DNA from: an uncultured archaeon
GTDB taxonomy: Archaea; Thermoproteota; Nitrososphaeria; Nitrososphaerales; Gagatemarchaeaceae
NCBI GenBank assembly: GCA_963799775.1
Contig: CAWCYD010000002.1
Span: forward strand, 128,001 to 192,000
Length of the DNA: 64,000 nucleotides
Direction: 5' to 3'
Part shown: positions 29,559 through 40,608 of the stretch, one piece after another
Position numbering within the stretch: the stretch's first letter is position 1
How the letters are laid out: each line of letters starts with the position of its first letter
The notes under the pieces: generated by a model
Databases searched by the model: none
Seen by the model: the letters and a program-made list of their open reading frames with translations, nothing else
What the model was told of the DNA's origin: nothing
Position numbers and translations under genes: made by a program

Positions 29559-31047
29559 TTGACCCCTGAAAAGCCGGCCTTCGACGAATCCTACGCCAAC
29601 AAGGTCATCGTCCTCTTCTCCGTGCTCGCCGCCTTCGTCCTCTACGTCGACATAATGCTCACTCCCTCGCTCCCCAAGATAGCGTCGGACTACAAAGTGA
29701 CCATCGCCGAGGTGAGCCTGGTGATCTCGCTCTACACGGTCTTCGGGACCGCCGTCAACCCCGTGATTGGGAAGCTAGGGGACATCGTGGGGAAGAAGCG
29801 TGTCCTGATCTACGTCCTCGTGATCTACTGCGTGATGGTGGCCCTCACCTCCTTCGCCACGAGCTTCACGGTGTTGCTGATCTCGAGGACCGTCCAGGGT
29901 ATAGGGCTCGGGATATTCCCGCTCGCGTTCAGCCTCGTGAGGGAGGAGTTTCCGCGAGAGAGGGCCCGCGCGCGCAGGGGATCCTTAGCGCGATGTTCGG
30001 GGCGGGGGCCGCCTTCGGCCTCCCGATAGGCGCCTGGGTCGCAAACTCCTACGGGTGGCAGGCCAACTACCACATCGCGCTCCCGCTGATAGCCGTCCTG
30101 ACGATCCTGATCTACTTCACCGTCAAGGAGTCCTCGATCACCGACCCCAACGCCAAGTTGGACTACGTCGGGGCCGTCTGGCTCGGCGCGGCGATGGGTG
30201 CGATCGTGTTCGGGCTCTCAGAGGGGTCGACCTGGGGCTGGACGTCCCTCAGCGTACTCGGCCTGATCTTCGGTGGCCTGGTGGCGCTGGGGCCGCTGGT
30301 CGTCTATGAGAGAAGGTCCTGGAGCCCATCCTCAACCTCAAGCTGCTTGCGATAAGGAACGTGATGGTCTCGAACGTGATAGGGCTTGCCTCCGGCGCGG
30401 CGCTGTTCATCGCGTTCCAGGGGATAACCTTCCAGCTGGAACTGACCCCGCCCGCTGGCTACGGGTTCGACATCCTCACCACCGGAATCTACCTGCTCCC
30501 TCTCGCAATCGCCATAATCATCGTGGCCATCCCGGTGGGGCGGCTCACACCGAAGTATGGGGCCAAGCCGTTCCTCTTCATCGGATGCGTGCTCGGGGCG
30601 GCGGGCTTCTACCTAATCTCGACCGCGACTTCGGCTGGCCTCATAGCGGGATACCTGGTTGTCGCTTCGGTGGGCCTCGGGATGCTTCTGGTGGCCAGCC
30701 AGAACCTGCTCGTGCTCTCGGTCAGAAGGAGGGAGATGGGCCTTACCACCTCTCTGAACACGGTCTTCAGGAACATCGGCTCCAGCCTCGGAGCTCCCGT
30801 CGCGGGATCGCTGATGTCCACTTTCGTGGTGAGGTATGTCATCGCGGGCCAGACCGTCTCCCTCCCCACGGCGACCGCGTTCCACTACGCCTACTACATC
30901 GCCATGCTGGGGTTCGCGCTGGCGCTGGTGGTCTCCACTTTCGCCCGGGAGGTGATGGGCAAGAACGCGAACAAGCTCACGCTCGAGCAAGCGGGCGATG
31001 CTCCGCCAGCAGAGGCCGGCCCCACGGAGTCGTCTCCGGCTAGGTGA
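29559..31047 (+). CDS. MFS transporter (two indels), similar to 19485..20989
   Basis: GKLGDIVGKKR, SRTVQGIG, NTVFRNIGSSLG. Confidence 0.88.
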
Positions 31048-31834
31048 CCACTCCAAAAGTCGCGAGGAAGCGGACGTAGTTTTCGTCTGACATGTCTCTC
31101 TTGTAACTCCGCAGCGCCTCTAGGATCGGCGTCTGGTTCCTTATGCTCAGTATCCTCTTGATCCTGGGGGAGAGCCTGCTCCCTACGAAGAGATACTGTG
31201 CCGCCGTCGTCACGTTCCGGGGGGCCCTCTTCTGGCTCGCAGACTCAAAGTCGATTATGTAGGGGGTCTCTCCCTCGATGAGCAGGTGCTTCCTGAGGTT
31301 GCTGAGCTCCCCATGGTCCAGCCCGATCAGGTCGAGCTTCCTGCACTGGTTCAGGACCGAGTGAGCCATCTCCCTCACCCGCATGGCTCTCCCTCTTCCG
31401 CTTGCCGCCTTCACGTAGTCCTCCAACTCCACCCCGTCTATGAACTGCATCGAGATGATGTCCTTCGTGCACCCGGAAACCTGGGCGCCCACCCTCACCT
31501 TGTTCGCGAGCCGCGTCAGCCTGAACTCCTCCATCATGGACTCACGGTTCGCATCGGCCCTACGAATCTTGAGCGCGAAGACCTGGCCGCCCCTCCTTCC
31601 CTTCACGACGAGCCCAACGGTCCCGATTCCCACCAGGCTGAGCCTCCCGATCTTGGGGTGGCCTTCAAACGTCACAGTCTCTACGCCGAGCTTCACGAGC
31701 TGTTTGATCTTCGACCTCGCCTGTCTCAGGTTCGGCCTCGGATACGTAAGGATCGCAAGGTAGGGCATCCTGTCGAACTGGTCGACGGTTATCGTCTCGC
31801 TGGTCCCTGTCATGCGCGATGGAGGGGAAGTCAT
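31040..31834 (-). CDS. archaeal RIO-like Ser/Thr kinase (COG2112 type)
   Basis: GIGTVGLV, ALKIRR, LDHGELSN, IIDFESAS. Confidence 0.85.
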   Translation of the reverse strand: MTSPPSRMTGTSETITVDQFDRMPYLAILTYPRPNLRQARSKIKQLVKLGVETVTFEGHPKIGRLSLVGIGTVGLVVKGRRGGQVFALKIRRADANRESMMEEFRLTRLANKVRVGAQVSGCTKDIISMQFIDGVELEDYVKAASGRGRAMRVREMAHSVLNQCRKLDLIGLDHGELSNLRKHLLIEGETPYIIDFESASQKRAPRNVTTAAQYLFVGSRLSPRIKRILSIRNQTPILEALRSYKRDMSDENYVRFLATFGVVT

Positions 31835-31855
31835 CGCTCCGAGCCCGCTCGCGGC

Positions 31856-33176
31856 TCAAACACCAACCGAGTCAGACAACGCCCTGGCCAGGCCTTCTCG
31901 AAGCCACTCTTTCTTCTCGGATTCCTTTCGAAGCCTGTCGCCCCGAAGGAGCCTTCCGCTCGTCTTCAGGCCTCGCCCCACCTCCTTCGAGACGCCGATG
32001 TCCTCGACGCTCTTGATGGTCTGTTCGAGAAGCTCCGCAAGCGACGTATACCGACGCTGCGTTAGCAACCTGAGTCTCCCGTCGTCGCCCACCCAGATCA
32101 TCTCTGCCCTCGGCCTGTTCTTTTCCACGAACCGCTTCGAGGCCTCGAGCAGCTCCACTCCCGGACCCACCTTCTCTTCAAGCGGGGGCAGCGACTCCAC
32201 TATGGGCAGGAAGATGATCGCGCTCGACCTGACCTTGTCACTCGCCGCTTCGACTCGAGCCAGTGCGAACCCCTCCTCTCGGACGTGCTTTGCGAACTTT
32301 CGTGCGCTCCTCCTCAACTCTCCCCAGAGCGTATCCTCGCTGAGCTCGGCGTGCTCAAAGAGCATGACGTAGGCCTGCCTCCGCAGTCGGGGCCTCCCCT
32401 TCCCTCGTATGCCGGCGAAGTGCTTCATCGAAGGGGTCGCGAGAAAGCCCCGTGAGGCCAAGACCATCCTCGCGACCGTCTCTCTGGACATGGCCTTCCC
32501 CAGGTCCCTCTTCTCGTCTATCGGGTCGAAGAGGCTGAAGTATTCGTCCTTCGAGGAAGGGACGAACGCCGCGAACCACCGCAAGACCGACTCGAAGCTC
32601 TTGTGCCTGTGGACCAGCACCTCCGTCGCGTACCCGCTGAAGCCCTCTGTCTCTATCTCGGCCCCGTACACCCCGACCCCCTTCATGAACTTCTTAAGCA
32701 GACGGACCTCCAGCCTCGCTGCGTTGTCGAGGTTGTCCCTGACGAACGTCACGTGGTGGACGGACCTGTCTGCCGCGCTCCTCCATTCGCCCGGTTTGAC
32801 GTCGTAGCAGGGGACGACGTTCACCTTGAAACCGTCCACCGTCGCCTCCGTGTAGGGGTGCTGGGCGTACTTCTTGCCGGGCTCGAACCCGCGCAGGGAC
32901 TCCTTTCCAACCCCTAGGCCGATCTCCTCGAATCTCTTCTCGTCGACGCCGGTCGAGACCTTCACGAACACGTCGATGTCGACGTCTCCAGGCAGCCACG
33001 TGTCCTTGGCGAATGAACCCTCCAAGGAAGACGCCTGCGACCTCTGGATAGCGGATCGCCGCCCTCTTGACGAGCGAGACGACCTTCTCCGCCACCCGGA
33101 CCGTCTTCCTCCGGTCGCTCTCCTTCGGGGTGACGACCGACCTGGCCTTGCGCAGAACTTCCTCCATCGCAGTCAC
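31856..33176 (-). CDS. cca: archaeal CCA-adding tRNA nucleotidyltransferase (indel near 33020)
   Basis: GSFAKDTWLPGDVDIDVF, YAQHPY, SAADRSVHH, VYGAEIETEGFSGYATE. Confidence 0.93.
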
Positions 33177-33724
33177 GCTAGCGCATACTCCCTTACATCG
33201 GCATAGGTCGGCCCGCTGGGCGATAGGCTGCTCGATTTCAGCTTCAAGGAGGTGATGGCGGTCCTCCCAAACACAGTTTCCGAATGCTCGCGAATCTTGG
33301 CCGAGAGGACTTCGAGGTTCCGAGGTGAACGCACCCGGGCCAGGGTGATGTGAGGATGGAACCCGCGCTCGTCCTTCTGCCCGACTCCCTCCAACGCGTG
33401 AAAGACCTCTTCTCCAGTCCTTCCCAGGGCTCCCGCGTCTTTCGGGTCGACCCCGGCCCAGACGACCCTTGGGCGCCCGACGTCGGGGAAGGCCCCTAGC
33501 CCGGCGACGCTCACGTCTACCTTCTTCAGCGTGAGCGCGTTGATCCTCTTGTCGATCTCGACCACGAGGCCCTCTGGGATCTCCCCGAGGAACTTGACCG
33601 TGAAATGGAGGTTCTCCTCCTCGACGAGCTTGATGTCCGCACGCGTGGACCGGAGGTCTTCCTCGGCCTTCACGAGACCCTGCCTGACCTCGGGTGAAAC
33701 TTCGAACGCCAGGAAGGCTCGCAG
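33173..33724 (-). CDS. thpR: RNA 2',3'-cyclic phosphodiesterase (2H family)
   Basis: LRAFLAF in frame upstream of the called GTG; two HxT motifs (HFT, HIT); start codon unclear. Confidence 0.9.
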   Translation of the reverse strand: MRAFLAFEVSPEVRQGLVKAEEDLRSTRADIKLVEEENLHFTVKFLGEIPEGLVVEIDKRINALTLKKVDVSVAGLGAFPDVGRPRVVWAGVDPKDAGALGRTGEEVFHALEGVGQKDERGFHPHITLARVRSPRNLEVLSAKIREHSETVFGRTAITSLKLKSSSLSPSGPTYADVREYALA

Positions 33725-33831
33725 CTTCTCTTTCTCCTGCCTCGGCTGTCCGACTCTACTATTTTACGATGAAGAGACGGGCGATAGGTTGATGTTATAT
33801 TTGCGCCCGCCGGAGAGACGGCCAGTCGAAG

Positions 33832-34383
33832 ATGATGATCGTCGCGATCACTGGGATGCCGGGGGCAGGCAAGTCCACGGCGGCCAAGGCTCTCGAGGGT
33901 CACGGCTTCAAGCGGATGGTGATGGGCGACGTCATCAGAGAGGAGACTCGGCGCAGGGGATTGGAGGCCGACGAGGCCAACACCGGAAAGGTGATGGTCG
34001 AGCTCAGGGAGAAGTACGGGCCCGGGGCTGTAGCCGAGGTCTGCGTCAAGTCGATGAGGGCCACGAAGGAAGAGGTGATCATAGTCGACGGCATCAGGTC
34101 TTTCGTGGAGGTCGAGGTCTTCGCGAGGGAGGGAAAGGTCAAGCTCCTGGCGATCACCGCCTCCCGGGACAGGAGGTTCAAGCTGCTCACGGAGAGGGCG
34201 AGGAGCGACGCCCCGGCCAGCAGGGCTAGCTTCGACCAGCGCGACCAAAGAGAGCTCCTGATCGGGGTCGGAAACGCGATAGCGCTGGCGGACGAGAGCC
34301 TGTCCAACGAGCGAACAACGATGGAAGAACTCGGGAACAGGGCCATCGAGCTGGTCGAGTGGTGGGTGAGCACGACTGTCTGA
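33832..34383 (+). CDS. P-loop nucleotide kinase, archaeal dephospho-CoA-kinase-like (COG0237)
   Basis: TGMPGAGKST, MGDVIREE, DGIRS, RDQREL. Confidence 0.85.
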   Translation: MMIVAITGMPGAGKSTAAKALEGHGFKRMVMGDVIREETRRRGLEADEANTGKVMVELREKYGPGAVAEVCVKSMRATKEEVIIVDGIRSFVEVEVFAREGKVKLLAITASRDRRFKLLTERARSDAPASRASFDQRDQRELLIGVGNAIALADESLSNERTTMEELGNRAIELVEWWVSTTV

Positions 34384-34386
34384 GGG

Positions 34387-34781
34387 TGCCCCGGCCACAA
34401 GAAGGGTAGAGCTTCGCGCCACCGTCTCGCCGTCCGAGGGACCGGCAGAAGGCCCTCCAAGCGATGCGCCAGGTCTTCGGCGACCGCCATTACACGGTCG
34501 ATGAGGGTTCGGCCACAATCCGGCTGTCCTCGACCTCTTCGCGCTGCCTCTACAGGCTCCACGATCAGCTGAGGGACAGACACGTGAGGGACACGGCGAG
34601 GCGACTCATGCTTGCGAGCCTTGAGGGGGATCTCCTCCCTCTGAAGATCAACAGACAGGCAGCCGCCGCGGGCGTCCTCGCCTTGTGCTCGAGCGCCATC
34701 GAGTCGCCTCTCGGACCTCTCAATCTCTCGATAGAGACGGACGCCCCCCAACAACTGATAGATTGGCTGACAGCTCACTGA
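34387..34781 (+). CDS. DUF54/COG1931 RNA-binding protein (N-terminal indels)
   Basis: ATVSPSE...VRDTARRLM...INRQAAAAG...SPLGPL. Confidence 0.75.
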
Positions 34782-35696
34782 GCCTTGTCTGGCACGTCGA
34801 CGCGCATGCCGTCGCTTGCCGCGAAGGTCTCGGGAAAGATTTGCTTCGCCTGCTTGACAAGCGGGGACACGTTCCTGTATCTCGCGCTGAAGTGTGTGAG
34901 GGCGAGCCTCTTCACATGAGCCTCCTTCGCAAGCATGGCCGCCTCCGCCGAGGTGGAGTGCTTCCTCTCGACGGCCTTGTCGGAGTCTTTGCTAGCGAAA
35001 GTCGAGTCGAAAATGAGGAGGTCAACGCCTGAGAAGAACCTGACCAGGCGCGCGGAAGGCCTCGTGTCTCCGGAGTACCCTATGCTCCTACCTCCCCTCT
35101 TGGGCCCAAGCACCTTACTAGGGTGGACCTTCTTGCCGCCTACCACGACGCTCCTTCCGTGCTGCAGGGCGGACCACTTCTTCCCTTCAGGGACGCCCAG
35201 ATGGAGGGCCTTTCTCGAGTCAAACACCCCCGGGCGGGGCGTCTCCTCGAAGATGTAAGACCACGCCTCTGTCGAGTGGCTCGCGCGCGCGCACCTGATG
35301 CGATAGGCGCTGCTCCTCAAGACGACACCCGGCTTGGCTGCGAAGAACTGGAGGTCGAAAGAGAGGCCGATGTTCAGCATCTCCATGCTCATCTTGACCC
35401 AGTCGAAGAGGCCCGCGGGCACCTACGAGGGTGAGCCTCTTGCCTCTCTGTGACATGCTCATCGTCTGCAACAGGCCCAGGAGCCCGTTGACGTGGTCGC
35501 CGTGCATGTGTGTGATCAGCACGACCATCTCCTTGTTTATCCCGAGGCCGTACTCCACGAAGCTCTTCTGCGTCCCTTCCCCGCAGTCGAGGAGGACGAC
35601 CTCTCCCTCCCTCCTTACGGCGATGGCCGGCAGGTTCCTCCCTTTCGTAGGGGTGGCGGAGCTCGTCCCCAGGAAGACGACCTCGAGCTTGGTCAT
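34775..35696 (-). CDS. rnz: ribonuclease Z (indel near 35425)
   Basis: FLGTSSATPT, DCGEGTQ, THMHGDH, YSGDTRP, HSTS, THFSARY. Confidence 0.93.
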
Positions 35697-36687
35697 CGGC
35701 TCTTCCTCATCACGGTGATCGTCCTTGTAAGGTGCCCTGTGGATGTAGATGTCAAGCTCGCTCTCGACGTCGAACCCAGCGGCATCGACCCCCAGGCTCT
35801 TCGGGTGCATGACCACTAGCTTCCTCCCCTTCGGGATGATGGCTCGCGCGCCCTCGACCAAAGAGCTGAGGATCTGGCTCGACTCGACCCCGCCCGAGCT
35901 CGCCGCCCGCCCATAGGGTATGTCGGTCGCTATCCCGTCGACCTGCCGGACCGGCAGCTCCCTCGAATCGCCGCGCACGATCCCCAACCAGGGCTGGGAG
36001 TATTTCATCGAGTTCCTCCGCGCCCCCCTGACCATCTTCTTCGCGAAATCTATCCCGGCGGCCTCAACTCCAATCAGGCTCGCTTCGATGAGAAGGCTCC
36101 CGGTGCCGCAGAACGGGTCGAGGAAGACCTCTCCTGGCTGGACCCCCGAGAAGTTGACGAGGGCGCGAGAGAGCTTCGGGAATATCGCAGACGGATGGAA
36201 GAACGCCCTGCTCCTTGGCCTCCGCGTAGACCACCCCTGCCGCATCATGCTTGGCCTCGTCAACGCGAAGTAGCGTTCGTCCGATCTGTGAGAGACGTAT
36301 GCAGATACCTCGTAGTCGGGGCTCTCCAGGGAGACCTTCCCCTTGACTTGGTCCGCTATCGCCGAGACTATCGCCCGGTCTCGATCCGTGTCCGCGTTGT
36401 CGCCGAAGACTCTGACCCTGTCAGGCCCCTTCCGCAGCAGCTCGAGGGCCTCCGAGTCCAGCTCGCCGTCTGGGACCGAAACTCCGACTCGCCTGGCGAA
36501 GGCGATGCGCGAGCCGATCAATTCTGGGTCCGCGCATGTCTCTGCGACGAGCAACCCCTCCTCTAGGCGGTCGAAGCTTGCCTCGCGGTCCAGGTCGCTG
36601 ACGAGGCTCCTTGCCTCGGCCTCCGGGATGGGAGTCGGTTCTCGCGACAGCACGAAGAGGATGCGACGCGGCCTACTTCTTCTCAGC
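35693..36687 (-). CDS. tRNA G10 N2-methyltransferase (Trm11/TrmG10-like); start uncertain, C-terminal indel
   Basis: FFHPSAIFPKLSRALVN, LDPFCGTGSLLIEA, TDIPYGR. Confidence 0.85.
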
Positions 36688-37589
36688 GATGATCGTCCTG
36701 AGGTATGCTGCCATAGGCTCTGTTGCGTCAACCTTGCTTACTCGGCTGGGCACCGTGTTCGTCCCTATTATTTCATCGACCCCTGCCTTCACGAGCTTCT
36801 CGTATGTCTCCCCGAGGAGCACGGCGTGGACGCACGCGCTCACGACCTTCCTCGCCCCGACGCTCTTCAGTAGCTCGGTGGAGGCCGCCACGGTCCCGCC
36901 TGTGGTTATGACGTCGTCGACGATGACGCAGTCCCTCCCTTTCACCGAGAGCTTCTCCGTCTCCATCTTTATCCTGCCCGTCACCCTGTCGCGCGTCTTC
37001 CGGAACTGGACGAACTTGGCGCCGTACAGCGCGGCGAAGGCCTCCGTCCTCTTGAGCGACCCGGCGTCGGGGGCCACGATTAACGGGCCTCGAGCTTGAC
37101 GTGGGTCTTCACGTACTGGGCCAGGCCCGGGATGGCCGAGACGCTGTATACCGGCATCGAGAAGAGAGCCAGCCCCACTGCCGAGTGCATGTCGACCGTG
37201 GCCACCCTCCTGACCCCGACCGACCTCAGCAGGTGGGCGATGATCCCCAAGCTCACGATCTCCCCCGGGAGGAACGCCTTGCCCTGCCTCGCGTAGCCCA
37301 GATACGGGATGACGGCGTGGACCTTCGCCCCCTCCTGGCTCAGGTGGTGCGAGGCGAGGAACAGCTGCATGTAGTGCCGGTCGGCAGGTGGGTAGGTCGA
37401 CTGGACGAGAAGAACTTCGAGTCCGCTGAGGTTCTCGTCGAACTTGTACTTTATCTCGCCATCAGGGAACTCCGTCGTGGTCACTGCGAGCAGCGGGAGT
37501 CCCAGCCTCTTGGCGAGCTTAGTCCCGAACTCCTGCGAGGCGGGACCAACCATAACTCGCCAATCGGTCACAGAAAGTCGGGCGGGCAC
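36673..37589 (-). CDS. prs: ribose-phosphate pyrophosphokinase (indel near 37085)
   Basis: FPDGE, PYLGYARQ, VDMHS, APDAG, VDDVITTGGT. Confidence 0.93.
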
Positions 37590-37682
37590 CAGCGTTTGGC
37601 TATATAACGGATTTTTGCCGAATGGAAAAAGAACCGCACCAAAACCTTAAGGAATAGCTGGCTTTGGAGTTAATTTGACCAA

Positions 37683-37904
37683 ATGGTAGACCAGTTCTGT
37701 CCCGAATGTGGTGGGGCGCTCGTTTTCGACGCGGTCAACAAAAGATTCTCTTGCAAGAGCTGCGGACTGTTTCTGACAAGAGACCAGCTATCCGACATGA
37801 GATACAAGGCCAAGACGTTGCCTGACGACGAGAGAAGGAAGAGGCAACGCCAGCAAGCTGACTACCTCGACTGGTGGCTCAGCGGCAACAAGACCAAGCA
37901 ATAG
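37683..37904 (+). CDS. small archaeal zinc-ribbon protein
   Basis: CPECGG...CKSCG, C-terminal YLDWWLS. Confidence 0.8.
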   Translation: MVDQFCPECGGALVFDAVNKRFSCKSCGLFLTRDQLSDMRYKAKTLPDDERRKRQRQQADYLDWWLSGNKTKQ

Positions 37905-37934
37905 AAGTAGAACAGAGACACGAGAAGCGCAGGC

Positions 37935-38384
37935 TTAGTGTGGAGTCTGGCGTGCCAGAAACTTCCTGAATATCAGCCTCGTGTTCTCGGTCACATCCAT
38001 CGCCTCGACCTCGCGAGGCTGGAACCATGCGAAACTCTCGGACTCCTCGTTCAGGGTGATCTTAGCGCGGCTGCCGTCGAACTTGGCAAGGTAATCCACC
38101 AGCACAAAGTGGAACCTCGTCTTCCCCTTCCCGTCGCGGATGATCTCCTCTGACACCTGAAGCAGCTCTTCGATCTTGACTTTCACCCCTAACTCTTCCC
38201 GGACCTCACGCCTCACTGCCTCTTCGAGTGTCTCCCCGGTCTCCAAGAGGCCTCCGGGGAGGGACCATCTCCCTCTGTTGGGCTCGAACTTCCGCTTGAT
38301 CATGAGGGCGCGGCCCTCTCTGTCGACAATGAGAGCCCCTACGCCGACCAGCGGGTGCGCCGGATACTTTCTCGTGCTCCGCAA
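37935..38384 (-). CDS. NUDIX hydrolase
   Basis: WSLPGGLLETGETLEEAVRREVREELG Nudix box; TTG start inferred. Confidence 0.9.
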   Translation of the reverse strand: MRSTRKYPAHPLVGVGALIVDREGRALMIKRKFEPNRGRWSLPGGLLETGETLEEAVRREVREELGVKVKIEELLQVSEEIIRDGKGKTRFHFVLVDYLAKFDGSRAKITLNEESESFAWFQPREVEAMDVTENTRLIFRKFLARQTPH

Positions 38385-38575
38385 AGCGGATATCCCTGTG
38401 GCTCTCGTAGTATTTGCCCTTACGCACAGCCGGTTCTGGCGTGCCCTATAGGGCCACGGGCGTTCTGGGACTTGTCGTGGTGCAACTCTGGCCATCCGTT
38501 CAGCGCTGGCCGGCGTAGCTCCTGTCTCCTCAGGCCCGTAGAAGTGATCCACCAAGGGAGAGAACAAGTGGCTGA

Positions 38576-38720
38576 CCATTTGGACAGGCCTTCACATCAC
38601 CCGGCCATTGGACAGGCCAGTCGAATGATACGGAAGAGTGATACGGAAGATTGAAGTATCGCCTACCGTCCTAACGGAAAATAATCGTATGTCTCAATTA
38701 CAAAGCACGCGATTAGGACG
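38576..38720. repeat. cluster of short repeats upstream of the surface module
   Basis: CCATT(T)GGACAGGCC x2 (38576, 38605); TGATACGGAAGA x2 (38626, 38639); inverted CGTCCTAA/TTAGGACG (38667, 38713). Confidence 0.6.
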
Positions 38721-38723
38721 GAA

Positions 38724-39318
38724 TGTGAACAAGAAGCATCTGACTATTGTTATCGGTGCAATAGCCATGGGAGTATTGCTGTCATTTGGTGTCTTTGTGT
38801 ATCCTTCGATGCTTTCACCAAGGGGACATGCCGACAATCTTAACTTTGTTGACAATGTTACGATAAAGGTCTTCAACCCAGATGGCACTGTCGCTCGGGT
38901 CTGGCAGGGCCACAACAGTCTGCAGGGTGGGGCTATCAATGGCATCGTGGGATGCATCACGGGAGCGTCAACCACTCCCGCCCCCTACGGGTCATGTACG
39001 TCGTGGATTTCAGGCATTGACATTGAGATCAGCGGCTCCACTACTCCCATATACGCTGCCGGGACAAGCACACCCTTCGCGGGCTCACCCGGAACGGCTT
39101 GCAGTCCTTCAACAGGTAGTCCCTACTGTACCGGATGGACTACTACGGCCTTCTTCGGCGAACTCACTTTCACTTCTACGAATTGCCCCACTACCTGCAC
39201 GGTCAACTACGCTCAGGCTGGTAACAGCGGAGGCACACTTTTTGACAACATCTTTACTAGCATCGCAGTTGCGAAAGGCGATAGTCTCTCGGTGACCATT
39301 GATTTCACAATCGCATGA
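38724..39318 (+). CDS. secreted beta-rich protein resembling phage tail/baseplate-associated subunits
   Basis: N-terminal signal/TM; VTIKVFNPDG...GHNSL and C-terminal TLF...IAVAKGDSLSVTIDFTI pattern; 6 Cys; lower GC than flanks. Confidence 0.55.
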
Positions 39319-39360
39319 GCTTAGGGCGAAATGACAAGGTGAATCCTCTTTCCTTCGTCT

Positions 39361-40380
39361 TTGCGCCACGTGCCGACTAGTCCTCGCAGCAAGAAGCTCA
39401 TCGTTGCAATATTGCTGATTCTTTTTGCGACGACTTTTTTGTTGAGCATACATTCCATAAGCGGTTTGGTGGCACCGGCGTTGACCGATGCCGCGACATT
39501 TTCTGAGAAGCTTTCGTATTCTGTCAGCCAGCTAATCCAGAGTACACTTACCGACGGCGCTACCTTCTCTGACAAGCTTTCGTATTCTGTCAGCCAGCTA
39601 ATCCAGAGTACACTTACCGACGGCGCTACCTTCTCTGACAACATTTCGTACACAGTAAGCCAGCCAATCCAAGATACTCTGACTGACGGTGCCGCCCTTT
39701 CTGATCAGATTTCATATTCGGTTAGCCAGCCAATCCAGAGTTCGCCGACCGACAACGCGACTGTTTCTGACAAGATTTCATTTTCAGTAGGGAGCAGCCA
39801 AAACGGTTCTGCCCTTGTTTCTTCTGGCTCAGTTTCTACCCGGACTTTTCCGATTACTGGCATTAGCGTGAGCATCTCTGGCACAGCCGGCACTACGGCC
39901 AGCATTGACACAATGCAACTGACTGCCCAACCTGCCAACACTGGATCGGTGCCTTTGGGCTCAACTGGAGGAGCGGGATTGGGCTTTTACGATCTCAGCC
40001 TTTCAGGGATTACGGGTGGAACGGCGCATGCTTGCATATCCAGTGCACTTGTGGATTCGAAAACTGTCCTCGATTTCTACTCCGCTGGCGCCTGGAGTGA
40101 AGCCGCAACAATATCTGACACCCCAGCTACGGATACCGCTCCAGGGGTGGTCTGCGGCAACATCGCCGTCTCGGCCCTCACTGGAACTCCATTGGTGATT
40201 GGTGACCCCCAATCGGGCACTGCTATCTCCACCCCAAGCCTCTCGGGCGCATCGTCAACAACTTCTGGCTCCGCGACCACTAAAGGCCCAAGTTCGCCAG
40301 GCTATTTGATCTACATCGGAGTCGGTGTAGTCATATTGATTATTTCAATAGCGGCTGTTTTGGTTCTAAAGAAAAGATAG
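39361..40380 (+). CDS. membrane-anchored surface protein with 22-aa tandem-repeat stalk
   Basis: Signal/TM, 4-5 x (TDGATFSDKLSYSVSQLIQSTL), beta domain, S/T linker, C-terminal TM + KKR. Confidence 0.75.
   Translation: MRHVPTSPRSKKLIVAILLILFATTFLLSIHSISGLVAPALTDAATFSEKLSYSVSQLIQSTLTDGATFSDKLSYSVSQLIQSTLTDGATFSDNISYTVSQPIQDTLTDGAALSDQISYSVSQPIQSSPTDNATVSDKISFSVGSSQNGSALVSSGSVSTRTFPITGISVSISGTAGTTASIDTMQLTAQPANTGSVPLGSTGGAGLGFYDLSLSGITGGTAHACISSALVDSKTVLDFYSAGAWSEAATISDTPATDTAPGVVCGNIAVSALTGTPLVIGDPQSGTAISTPSLSGASSTTSGSATTKGPSSPGYLIYIGVGVVILIISIAAVLVLKKR
39484..39790 (+). repeat. 66-bp coding tandem repeat
   Basis: 39508-39573 and 39574-39639 are identical; the flanking units are degenerate. 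Confidence 0.9.
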
Positions 40381-40608
40381 GCATTTGAGAGGTTCTTGGT
40401 CTTTGAAATCATGATTGAGAAGTTGGAAAAGACCGCGCCGATAGGGCGAGGTCAATACAGGCGACAGGCGAACCCATGACGAGGTACGTTCTCAGTCCGA
40501 CGAAACTTTGGAGGGATTGGGAAGATGACATTCCAACGGAGAGTTGAGAGCGCCAACCTCAGCGCACAGCCAAGGCTTTGAATACTGGAATCGAGCGGTT
40601 CCACCCAG

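Noticed and set aside
35220-36731. Apparent Trm11-RNase Z fusion in the ORF track
   Set aside because: Produced by an indel near 35735. The corrected Trm11 ends ...TITVMRKSR-stop overlapping the rnz ATG (ATGA).
39484-39790. Regularly spaced repeats as a CRISPR array
   Set aside because: Contiguous in-frame 66-bp coding repeats with no unique spacers and no cas genes.
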